Of a DNA stretch of 64,000 nt, positions 1-11,409 are shown piece after piece. Below the pieces are notes generated by a model. It ran no database searches and was not told the origin of the DNA. It saw only the letters and a list, made by a program, of their open reading frames with translations. Made by a program: the position numbers and the translations under genes. The stretch comes from Microbotryum violaceum (taxonomy: Eukaryota), in the NCBI GenBank assembly GCA_001244265.2, contig CDLV01000018.1:372001-436000 (forward strand). The letters are read 5' to 3'. The first letter of the stretch is position 1. Each line of letters opens with the position of its first letter.

Positions 1-254
1 GGTCTGAACAAGGCAGGGGTTTGAAAGTCCCTTTGAAGGCGAGTGATAAGTTTGATAGGAAGGGGTTGGGCAACAAGCTCAAGGGTGATGTGGAAGAGGG
101 GGCTTTGAAAGAGTGGAAGAAGGAGAAGGAGAGGAAGAGGAGGGACTTGGTGGAGGTGGAGAAGAGGGGTAAAGGGAGTAGGGAGATTGAAATGAGGCAG
201 AGGCAGGAGATGAAGGATAGGAAGGAGTTGTTGGCTTATATGAATAGGGATTGA
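1..254 (+). CDS. 3' end of a probable G-patch domain protein (partial; starts before the window)
   Basis: Open frame reads ...LKVPLKASDKFDRKGLG..., resembling the C-terminal half of a G-patch motif, then a charged helical tail. Stop at 252-254. Confidence 0.5.
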   Translation, partial: SEQGRGLKVPLKASDKFDRKGLGNKLKGDVEEGALKEWKKEKERKRRDLVEVEKRGKGSREIEMRQRQEMKDRKELLAYMNRD

Positions 255-475
255 AAGAGGATATTGCTTGTATGTTGTAATACAGAGAGTACGCAGCAAG
301 AGGCTTCGAGATTACTCGATCAGGAGGCCAAGAACTTTCACATGCTGGACCAAATACAAGCACAGTTGATGCACGGTATGAGCTATGTCGCAAAACGTTT
401 ATAATCTACAACGATACAACAATCCTTACCCCGGTAGATACTCTGTCTCGAAGACAGGTCTAGCGGCCTCGCCAC

Positions 476-3110
476 CTACCATCTCATCTCCGAGACCCTT
501 CTCGCAGTCGTCAATCTCGGTGAAAGTACGACATCTCCCCGCACCATCCTTGAGCCTATTTCATATGGCTTGCGCTTCCCATCCCTCTGAAGACTGCCCG
601 ATGTGGAAACGTCATTCATCACAGGTCGCGTCGGGGCTCGAATCGGTCGGCTTGGCCGAGATGTTGGTTCAACTGCGGAATTGGAGTTGACTGGCTCGGA
701 AGATGGAGAGCGAGTGAGTGGGGTCAGACTAGGCGACGAGAGATCGTGCGAGAGATGATTTGTCTTTATGGGGAGGAAGAGCGGAGTTTGATTTGGTGTA
801 GGAGGGAGAGAGGAACGCGAATGCAAGTAGGTTGGCTGGCAAGCTTGGTGGGGCGGAGGATGGAAGGTCGGTCCGAAAGCTGCTAGGCGAGGATCCGGAA
901 TCCGCAGTGGACCCGTCGAAAGTGGGCATAAATTGGGTTGTGTCTTCGAATTAGCTAGTCCCTTACCCGGATGGAAAGAGGAAACCCTCGGTGTATTCGC
1001 GATCGGTGCAATCTGAGTCGAAAGCCGAGGGCTACCACGCTCTCCACTGGCTCGTCTCGGAGGTGAACCGTTAAGTTTGACGAGACTTTGTTCGATCTCT
1101 TCCCTCCTCTTCCATTCGGGTAGACACCGTCTTGGAGAGGGAGGATCTTCTGCGAGTGGGGTCTTGGGTACAAATTGAGTGACGGGTCGTCGTCGTGGTG
1201 GACGTTGGGGCGGTTCAATGATTCTTGGAGCGAGCATTGGGGGTGCGGTGAGCCTTCTAGAGAAGCTGTTCCATCTAAAGAGTAGCTTCAGGAGGCTGAA
1301 CCCCTTCGGAGTAAACTTCGAACTCACAGCGATCGAGTGAACAATAATGCCAAAGGAGTGTCATCTTCCTTCTTCTCCTTCTCTCGCCATGTCGAGTTCC
1401 TTGGACTCGGACCTATTGACGCCGGATGAGCGGACATGTAACTCGAAGGCCGCTCTTTAAGAACAACTTGTACGCCTCCGATCCCAATGGGGCCTGGAAG
1501 ACGGTACTGGGGCCGGTAGTACATCTTTGAAAAAGGCGTAATCGATTCAGTGAATTCTCGCGAGGAAGAAGGGGGTCCACCGATTTTGGCGAGCGTTTGG
1601 ATTCGACCACTCATGAAGAGGGGCGGAGATCTCAATCGAGATTCGATCGGTCGATTGAGAACAATGCTGCCGGAGTACAAAAACATTTCGACATGCGAAT
1701 ACATGAAAGAGGGTCGAGTGGCCCATTGTTGGACTCGTTGGGGAGTGCCTGGAAGGGAGGTACTACGCATCGAGCGTCTTTTTGCGATGGTCAGGGGTAC
1801 CTCCTCGATCGTCGATCTGGGAAGGGTATCAACCAGTGGACCTAGGACTTGTTGGAGTGAGATAGGAATTAACCTCGCCTCAGTTAAAGGAATGAGGTCA
1901 TCCTGGTTCCCTGTTGCAGAACCATAGCCCTCCACTTCGATCCGTTCATGCGCAGTCGCCCCTCGTTGAGCTTTCCTTGCGATCCCAACACGACCCAAGA
2001 CGACGCGCATATCCATTTCCGGTCCTTTTTCTCGAATATGACGATGTTTATTCGTCGAGAGAGGATGATGCAGCGTTCGAGGAAGTCGGGAAGGGATGGG
2101 CACGGAGCGAGGGAAGGAGGATGAGAGTCGCAGGATGGTGTAGTCTAGAACGTGGACGCCTCTTGGACCGAGGCCGAGACGGTCTTTCGAATTGATCCGG
2201 TCCGAATTGGAGCGGATGGTTGATTTGGGTGTCGGTGTGGTCGATTGCGGTCGGGAGTAGGTTGCGACAGGTAAAGGAAGGGCGACGTCAAGACCGTAGT
2301 GGTTGGCATCATCCTCAGCGTCAACCTCGATAACGCGATTTTTGTTGGACGTGTTGGGGTCAAGTGACGAACCTCCCGAGTCCGAGTATTGAGCCAGCTC
2401 TGGACTGATGGGAAACCGAGGATCGCGCGGATTGAATGTCCGAGTTCGAGTGAGAGGAGGTGAAGCCAGCTTGACGGTACTAGTACCCCTGTACGAGGCG
2501 TGCGAAACGCTCGACGCGGCCGAACATGACGAATTGCTGGTGTTGGTGTACGAAGGCGTGGAAGGAGAACTCGTTTCACACGTCGAATCACTTGCTGAAT
2601 CGCCGGCTGCTTGAACGATTTCGAGCCAAGATGCAAACTCGTCATCGAGGTGGGGTGAGGTGGGGGTACCGAGCGAGTGGAGACTGGAGGATGCTGCAAC
2701 GAAGTGATAGCAGGTGAAGGTGAGCATCGTCTCGGATAGTCTCTACGCGAGGTATCGGACTCACTCAGGGAAAGGTCCAGACGAATGGGTAGGGTTGACG
2801 GGATCGGCACAGACGTGGAAGTCTTGGCACGACGATGAGGGGTGGTACCGCGCGCAGGATCAACGGACTTGTCAAGCTGTGGGTGCCTCCGAGTCGATGA
2901 AGATTCCTTTCGATGCAAACCACCACTCTTGACCTTTCTCACCATGCCTCGGACGAGTTTGTTTCTCTTTGAGCGCTCTTTGTTGGTAGAAAGCATCGTC
3001 GATGGAAGAGTTGGGATGGGGGGAATCGCCTCTGCCGGTCGCGATGGGGAGGGAGAGGAGTCGACTGCTCCGGCGGACTTTGAGCGTCGTCGTTGAAAAT
3101 GGAAGACCAT
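476..3110 (-). CDS. Hypothetical low-complexity S/P/R-rich protein, 3 exons
   Basis: ATG at 3110 (MVFHFQRRRSKS). Two introns with GTGAGT donors (near 2765 and 1328) join ORFs 2145..3440, 1324..2727 and 476..1327 in frame. Contains a DDTPLA motif. No recognisable domain. Confidence 0.6.
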
Positions 3111-3560
3111 GATCTCGACTAAAGCTGAAATGGAATGAACAAATAACTGAGTGGGCACGATAGCAAGCGCAGAGGGGGGTTCGTGCGCCAATCGGCTGAG
3201 TGAAGTTGTGCAACTTGAAGTCTGGAGCAGGGGGAGGTTGACGGGTGAGGAAGAAGCTGTCGTGGGGGAGAAACTTGAAGAATGGGCGTGACCTTGGGCG
3301 TCCGAGGTGGAGGTGACTGGTGTGGGTTGGTGTGAGATCTTGGTGAGGTGAGGAGGAAAGGGAGAATCCACAAGTCCGGAGAAGAAGGGGAAGCGATCTC
3401 GGACATGTGGTGCACATACCCCTCCGGCTCCCTGGATCAAGACCAGGGAAGAACAAGGTCAAACTAAGCTCTGCGGTGCACGGTTCTCGCCACGGCGCGC
3501 CGCGCGAGATGCCGGCTCTTGCCGTTCCTCCGTATCCCCTCCGAGTTCCCCACTTGCGGC

Positions 3561-6500
3561 ATGACGTCGCCATTCGGAGCAGGCGCATTCGGAGCAGGCG
3601 CAAGTGGAGGTGATGGTGGAGCTTTTGGAGGTGGCTCCAACCATGTCACCAACCCTTTTGGAGCTAGCTCGACGGGCGTCTTTGGCGCTGCTGCTCCCTC
3701 AAGTGGTGTCTTTGGTACAGCCGCCTCGACTTCGACCTCGCCCTGGGCTTGGGGGGCTTCGACTTTGGCATCGGACAACAACCGCAATGAATCGGCCTCG
3801 AATATATCTGGTGCACCTTTGAGTGTGTTTGGATCTTTCGCCACCCCGGCATCAACCAGTGCAGCGCCACCCGCATCTGCCTTTGCCAACCTCCCTCCAC
3901 CTCGGCAGCTCGACCGCCCACCACCACCTTCCTCGGTCGCAACACCTCCTCCACCACGCGATCCCAACCAGATCTCGACTCTTGAGGTACTTGGAGAAGA
4001 CTCGGATGCAAGGAAGCAGCGATTCGAGAGCTCCCTTGCCAACAATAGATACCTCGAGGTAGGTTCCCGCTCGGTCGGCCGGGTCTTCTTCGTGCCCCGG
4101 CTGGTTCAGTGGCGCTGACCGACGACATGCATGTCCGTGTTCTGTTCTCTGTTCATACCACACAGTTGAAACCATTACGAGAAGCTCAACGCTTACGGGA
4201 CATCAAGAATGGGCTCATCCCCGATCCGCTCAAGCCGATGCGCCTCGACCAGGCGACCGACTTCCTGGGGACCTGCCAAGACATGTGTCCCGCGTGGGAA
4301 AGGGAGGAGCGAGAGTACCAAAACAACGTTGATGCGCTTGAAAGGGTCGGTGCATGGAACAGAGAATGTGCGCCATTCTTGCGAGCTCAGCGCTGACAGG
4401 CCCCCCGTCCTTCTCGCTCAGTATCCGGGTACGACTCGCATTGACCCTGCCCGAGCTGTCAAAGCATTCCATCGACCCGCAGCAGGGAACGAACAGCCTC
4501 TACCCTCGGATGTTCGACCACCGCCCGTACTCAAAAAGACGCTCGACTACCTCTTCCACCACCTCCTGCCGACCGCCCCTTTGCACGTGACCCACCCCTT
4601 CCTGCGAGATCGAACCCGGTCCATTCGCCAGGACTTGACCATGCAAAACATCCGTGGAGAGGCGGCGATTGAATGCAACGAACGCATTGCTCGCTACCAC
4701 GTTCTTGCTCTGGGCACATTGCGCGAGCAATCGAGTTTCAGTGAGAGTCAAGAGCTCGAACAATTGCGCAAGGGTGAGCACTGTTTCGCCGAGTTGGGTC
4801 GAGGCCAGACGCAGACTCACACTCGAGCTTCTTCCACACCATAGTCCTTAAATCTCTCAATGAGTTCTATGACGACGCTCGGCTCGCCAATCCACCGATA
4901 CCAGCCCCCAACGAAGCCGAGTTCCGAGCTTACAATATTCTCACCCATCTGCGCGACCCCGACATCATTTGGTCCTGCGAATTGTTACCGCCGCGCGTAT
5001 TCGACGAACCTCGTCTCCAGATCGCATTGCGGCTTCACGCTTTGGTTCAGCGCTCCAACATCCCTCGTGGAGAGCGGGCAAGTCTCAATGCCGCTTCCCG
5101 GTTTTTCAAGCTGCTGGCGAACCAAGAGGTCCCCTACCTCTTTGCCTGTATCTTGTCGACACATTTCGATCAGATCCGCAAGAACGCGCTCGAGACGATG
5201 AAGAACGCCTACATGCAACAGCATAGTGGGTTTCCTGCGCGAACGCTCGTCAAGGTTCTTGGGTGCGATGATGAGGAAGAGGTCGAGTCGATTTGCTCAC
5301 AGTTGGGGATAGGGGCGAAGAAAGAAGAGAGTGGAGAACTGGTTGTCATGCTTCATAAAGCGGCAGTGATCAAGAGTGAGTCTGATGGGAGCTTGAGTGG
5401 ACTGTGCTGTGACCTGAGCTGCACGCTTCGCTCTTTGCAGATGTCACATTGCAGCAAAGGGTGTCCCAACGTCTTGTCGAAGCAAAGCGAGGGACAACGA
5501 CCTATCAAGCCGTCATCGATGGTACGGCCTATATCTCGGCTGCCGTGCAACCCCTCCCTTCGGCATTCTCCCCGGCCGTGTTTCGAGCTCCTGCTGCCCC
5601 TGCACCCAAAAGACCTGCACCTACCCCAGCCGCCCCACCCACGTTGCTCACATCGGTCCCTCAAGTTTCACCGTTCGACATCATCAAGCCGGCCCCTGTC
5701 GAGCCCAAGATGCCCTCTTTTCAGACATCAACCCCTCTTGCGTTCAGCTCCGCCCAAGCGTCACCATCGACGACCCCACCGACCCCATCTCTCAATCCCG
5801 TTGCACCTTCATTCGTCCCAAACTTCGCTGCGAATCCAAAGCTCGCCACAACCGCTCCCAATCCCTTTGCATCTGCCTCTACAGCTTCGGCTACCTCAGC
5901 CTTTGCACCACCACCCCAGCCGAACGCCTTCTTCGCGCCTCCACCGCAGCGGACTGCACTGAAACAGGGGTCGGGCCAACTTCCCGCTCCCAAAGCGTTC
6001 AGCTTCGAGTCTGCACCCCAGCCGGCCCCAGTTGTCGAGCCGCGGAAAGCTGCCGAGCCTAGTCCCGCAAGCAAGCCATCACCTGAAGTTGTCAAATCTG
6101 TTCCGACCAAGAAGCCCAAGTCGGTCCAAGCGCCGGCCTTGCTTCCCAAGTCGCCGTCGCCGCCGAAACTTGCCAAGGTGGACCAAGGTCCTTTGATCGC
6201 GTCGCTCAGCAAGATATTCGTCGACGAGCTACTTACATCCGCCGCACGGTCGTGTGCTCAACATGCGGCCGAACAGGCCCTCGAGGATTATTGGGACATG
6301 ATTGCGCATGATGAACAAAGGACAATGGAGTACGTTGCTGCGAAGCTTGCTGCTGACCTATTGGAAGACCATGCGAGGCGCGTGACGGCGAGTGAACTCG
6401 TTCGAGCCAAGAGGCAACGACGGATGACGAGGAAAGTCTGGAACTCGTGGAGGTTGAGGACGATGTTGAGTTTGGACGCGAAGGAGAGGGATCGAGAGAG

Positions 6501-8356
6501 GAGGAAGAGGTTCGAGGAGAACGTCAGGGAGATTACGGCTTCGGTAGGGGTGGGGAACATGGCGTGGGACCAGGAGGAGGATTATTCCTTTGATGGGGCT
6601 TTGGACCTCTCGACGCTTTCGTTGGGGTTGCCAGACCTTGATGCGCCGTCGGCTTCTTCGGTCCAGGCCGATCGAGCGTTCGCCGACCAAATCTATACTG
6701 CCCAAGCAAGAAGAGACAAACTTTGGAGGTCAGGAACGATGCTTCACACTCTGGCCCAACACGTCGACTCGCTCGTGCCTACTCAGCAAACCACACGGCA
6801 AGCATGGGCCGCACTCGTCTCGACAACCTCGACCACTTCGACGTTCGCAACTTGGTTGGCTCGCAAATTCGACTTGTCCGACTTGGAACTGACGAGTACG
6901 ATCGACATGCCGCATGTCGACCTCCTTGTCGAGATGGTCGCGGACGAGAACGACCCACGCCAAGAGACCCTGGATGACGTGGGGTTGATCCTGCTCGATT
7001 GTACCGAGGAACTCGCCGCTTCGGATCTATATGCCGCTTGTCAGCGCGTTCATCGTCTTGTCGAAGCTGCGAATGAGGTTTCACGCTTCAAGCCATCTTT
7101 ACTTATCACGTGTTGCCCTTCGACGACGCCTGCGCTGGAAGAGCAAGTTGAGCTTAAACAAAAGGTGAGTAAGGTCGTTCGTTTCTTCAGCCCCGAGATC
7201 GAGCATCCCGATTGCTAAAGCAGGAACGCCATGTCACAGCTTTTGGATGAGCTTAAAATCAACTCGCTTCGGGATGGATTGCAGGGGGTGGATGTCTGGA
7301 TCGCAAGACTTGATGACGCTGAGGAAGACTTTGATAAGCTCACACGAACGGCTTTGCCGACTCTGGCGATACGGGTGGATCGGGCTAAGCGCCCTCTCGT
7401 TGGTAAGTTCGGTTCGGCGTAGCGTGCATGTGACAGCTTGGAACTGACTACTTCCGGCACCGTCAGACTTCGTGGCACCTCTTTTACGGTCTTGGTCCGA
7501 TGCGCGAGCTTTTGCATTCTCCCAACGTTGCTCAACTGACAATCGTGAGTCGAATGGTATGCCAAGGTTTTTTTTCCCGCGGGAGACTGATTCCTATCAT
7601 ATCCAGCTATCATCGCATGCAACATCCTCTTGTCGTCCTTGTCTCTGATCCTCTCTTCGGCGAAAAAGACCGCCACCGCCAACTCTCCCTTCCATCCTAT
7701 CGAATCCTTGCCACTCTTGCCGACCACATTCTCAACTTCATTCCGGAGCCGCATACAATCCTATTTATCGGACAAGCGACTCGAAGTGGTTGGACCTTCA
7801 CCTTTGCTGAATTCAGCGTTGAGCGAGTTCCCGCCCGTTACGGATGGTCAGTCACTGTGCTCATCTGTGCGTCGAAGTCGATCTCGAAGCTCATGCGTCC
7901 TTTGTTTCCTCCTACGACTTCGCAGCCACGCTCGCTCGTTTACTCTTCGACCATCTGGAAAATCGCGTTCTCTCCAGCGTGGAAGGGTATTTCATACAAC
8001 AAGATACCTACGACTATGAACTCCGGCGAACGCGCGCACGACTGGCAGAACGTGTCTTTACCCTACCCCGGGACGACGACGAGATTTCCTCTGAACCTAT
8101 CAAAGAGAATATCGCGATAGCCTCAACGACTCTCACATCGAAACAAAAGGGCAAACGCAAAGCTTCTACGTCCCTCGAGTTAGCGTTGAGCAAGAACAAG
8201 AAAACTGTTCTTGAACCCAACGGGACGACACCGTCGACGACGGTGGATCGCTTGAGCGCGTTGGAGAAGATCATGAAAGAAGCGAAAGGGTTGTTGACGA
8301 TGGGAGGTGGGGCTTTGGACACGGGTTCGAACAGTTCGAGGGTGTCGATTGTTTGA
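3561..8356 (+). CDS. SAC3: SAC3/GANP family mRNA-export (TREX-2) scaffold, multi-exon
   Basis: FG-rich N-terminus (MTSPFGAGAFG) and SAC3/GANP motifs GTCQDMCP, AVKAFHRPAAG, DVRPPPVLKKTLDYL, FLRDRTRSIRQD and ERIARYH. GT-AG introns such as 4059-4165 link the ORF pieces. Internal 3' exon boundaries are approximate. Confidence 0.9.
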
Positions 8357-9397
8357 TGTGATGGTTTTGTAGGATTTTTGGGATGTTTAGGGGTCTTTGA
8401 TGACGCCCATGCAATCTTACTACGCGAGGTGGGCAGTCAAAAGGAACTGTGATGGATCGACCAAGCATCGCTAAAGTCAATTCCTTCTGCGGTTGAGCTG
8501 ATGGAAGTCCAGAAAAAAGAGTTTTTAGATCGACCTTTTTCTCTCTCTCGTTCTGTTGCAAGATGTCCGACGATGAACAGAAAGGAAAACCCAACATGGG
8601 ATAGATTCGATTGCGGGATCCGAGCGCCTTCCGAAAAGTTAAGAAAAGACGCCAACAATGTCAAAGGTGCGGGACTACCTTTCCAGAGCATGATATATGC
8701 AGCACTAGGATATGCAGCATGATGGCATATCCTCTCACGCGTGTAATCACCCAGTTTCGGTCCATGACGTGAAAGATAAGACAAAGGCTTGGTTCCGAGA
8801 CCTCGATGATGTAAGGCAAAGGCTTTCCCGCGTGCGTACGAGCTCCGACCGCTCGGGACCTTCGTTATGACCCATGAATGCTCGTTGATTAACCGAGGCG
8901 GTGCAAAGATTGTCGGACGGATCTCAATAAAATGGGCAATAGATTTGAACCTGAAGTAGTAGTACCATTCGTTTGTGTTTGGCACATAAATAGGATTCAA
9001 GCGATTGAAAATCCGCCGGCCCGCTGCCGTCGACTACAAGAGAGCCAACGAGCTGCAAGGGCCGCGGCGTTCCCGATTGTCGAGTCCCGTCGCCCTCCTC
9101 GCCGAGGGGCGCGGCCATCGCGCCGCGAATGGGAAAAGCGAAGCCTTGCCCCGTCCGATCGGATTCGTGCCTCACTGCATGTATGCCCAACGGGAGTCGC
9201 GAACCTCAGCACCGTGGCGTTCCGACAGGTCTAAAGTGGCTTTTCCTTTGTCATTTCTGAGAAGGTGTTGGTAGGTCCTAGTGGATGCTGCAAATGTGAG
9301 AACATGAAGCGTCAAGCGCAGCGCGGCACCGGTGACGTCGCAGGCCCACTGCAGGCGCCCAAGCGCTTCACCGCCAGTTGTGACCTGGAAAGGGGCC

Positions 9398-9399
<2 letters not shown>

Positions 9400-9447
<48 letters not shown>
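9400..9447. repeat. Poly(T) tract of about 48 nt (poly(A) on the minus strand)
   Basis: Uninterrupted T run seen directly. Confidence 0.95.
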
Positions 9448-9448
<1 letters not shown>

Positions 9449-11409
9449 ATAGAGTTCACAGAATAAGTATAATACCTAGAAACCTTTGGAAAGTCGGAGG
9501 GAACGCAGTTAAGCACACTGGCTAGGCCAGAAGTGTCGGACTCATCGAACCTGAATCAGAATCAATCATACCCACTAAAACCCCCTTGGGTGATTTACAG
9601 AGACACAAAGTGACCCTTAGACACCTGGAGAGGCGCCCGGAGCTCCTAGAAAAGGTGATCACAAGAGGAAGAGGCAATTGTTATCTGCAAGGTGCGACTA
9701 AGTTAGTAAACCGTGGCCCGAGCACGCGAGCACATCCGAATGAGACGAGAAAACTCATCACACGCTGGCAGTCGCGGTGGTACCTAGACTAGTACCCGAA
9801 AGACCGACTTGGCAGATCCTTCACAGAGTACTCGGATGCCAATACGAAGGCAAGTTGAAGTGGAAGCCAGCGCCTTCGCAGCAGGGGCCCCGAGAATAGA
9901 ATGACGTGCAGAAAAGTCCGACTCGATCTGTGGCGACGACGAGAGCCGGTTCCACTTCCACCTCCAGTTCGTAAACCAGAGTGGGGAAGAGCACGGCTGT
10001 TACAAGAAAACTTAGGAAGGCACAATTATTAGCCGTTTTTACCATCGTAACTCAGGTTTTTTTTCATTGCGAACCATTATTTCCGAAAAAAAAGTCGGGT
10101 TGAGTCGCCGCCGGTCGAGCTGCCTGCCTCGCTGCGCCCAGGATATTGAGCGCACGCCGTTCGGCTGAATTACGCGTGCATGCATCCACCTCGAGCAGCT
10201 GGATGAGAGGTTTCGGTAAGGAACGGCCGTCATCCGGTCCAACGGGGCTTAACTCCGTTTGCTCAATTAGAACTTGGGATCAACCACAGGGCCTGACTTA
10301 TCGGGTGATGGCGCTTGCGCCGGATTTCATGCGCTAACTGCGAGTCCTCATCCAATTTAGTCGGCAATTGTGGTCGACTTCCGTTGAAACGTCTATACGT
10401 CGGGGTCGGCCTCAGCCTGGCAAATGGAGTTGGCGTTAGAGCAAATCATCACCACCAAAGCCAGCCGACGGCGAGTACCAGCGCCGCCACAAAAGCGATC
10501 AATGGGCCCCAACACCTAGCCCATCATATTCGATTTTGAACCCATTCGATGTGGGTACCTACCCAGCCCTTGATTCAAGGCCAAGCAAACACGCTGACGC
10601 TTTCACTTTCGACTCTATCGCAGTCGCCGTCGCTGGCAGCCGGGTATAGCCTCTGTGACTCTGTCACCCCCTATACACATTCACATGTTCTCGAATTTTG
10701 TTCATATATTTGCAAGTTTTTCGTAGGCTTTTTGACGGCCACCTGGGGTGCGGTTGCTCCCGTACCGGTTTGAAATGCACGCGGCGCGGCGCGCCAACCT
10801 TTATCGACCCTCTCGTTGAAACTTCGTTTGCTTAAACTTCGATCACTTTGCCACGGCTGAGCAGCTGGAACGTTCGCGCTCTCAAAAGGAACGTTGTAGT
10901 CGCGTGCCTCAGTTAACTTTGTCGATGTTTGCTGACTTTTGCAGAATGTCCGATTACCCATGTTGCTGAAATGGGTCCAGTGCACGCCCTTGCCAGGCCA
11001 TTCAACACCCGAAAAATCGAAGCTCATCCGTGGGACGTTCATTGTGCGTCGACCCCCACATGGCTCGCCGGTGCTCGAGCGTCGGGATCGACTATAAAAG
11101 GGAACCCTGACTGGACAGTAGTGCGCTGCCAGGCTCGAGCGTTCGTGCAGCGTTGATCGCCGCGCGCCTGAATTGAGTCGAAATTGGTCATTTGGCGCGC
11201 TACGCCAGGACCCAGGAGCCAGGGCCCACTGGGGCTCCCTTCCGCTGCTCGAGACGGTGGTCGGTTGTCTGGCCTTTCCCGCTCGTTCCCTCAACATCGC
11301 GCCATCCCACATTTTCTCTCCTAAATTACCTGACTCTTGACGCCTTTCTTACGACCTTTCCGCTTGACCTTTCACTTTTCCACGTTCGCCTTCCCTACTG
11401 CTTCCCAAC

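Noticed and set aside
8437-9000. 187-aa minus-strand ORF
   Set aside because: Non-ATG start, no recognisable motif and no supporting splice structure.
9172-9525. Poly-Lys / poly-Phe ORFs
   Set aside because: Artefacts of translating the poly(T) tract.
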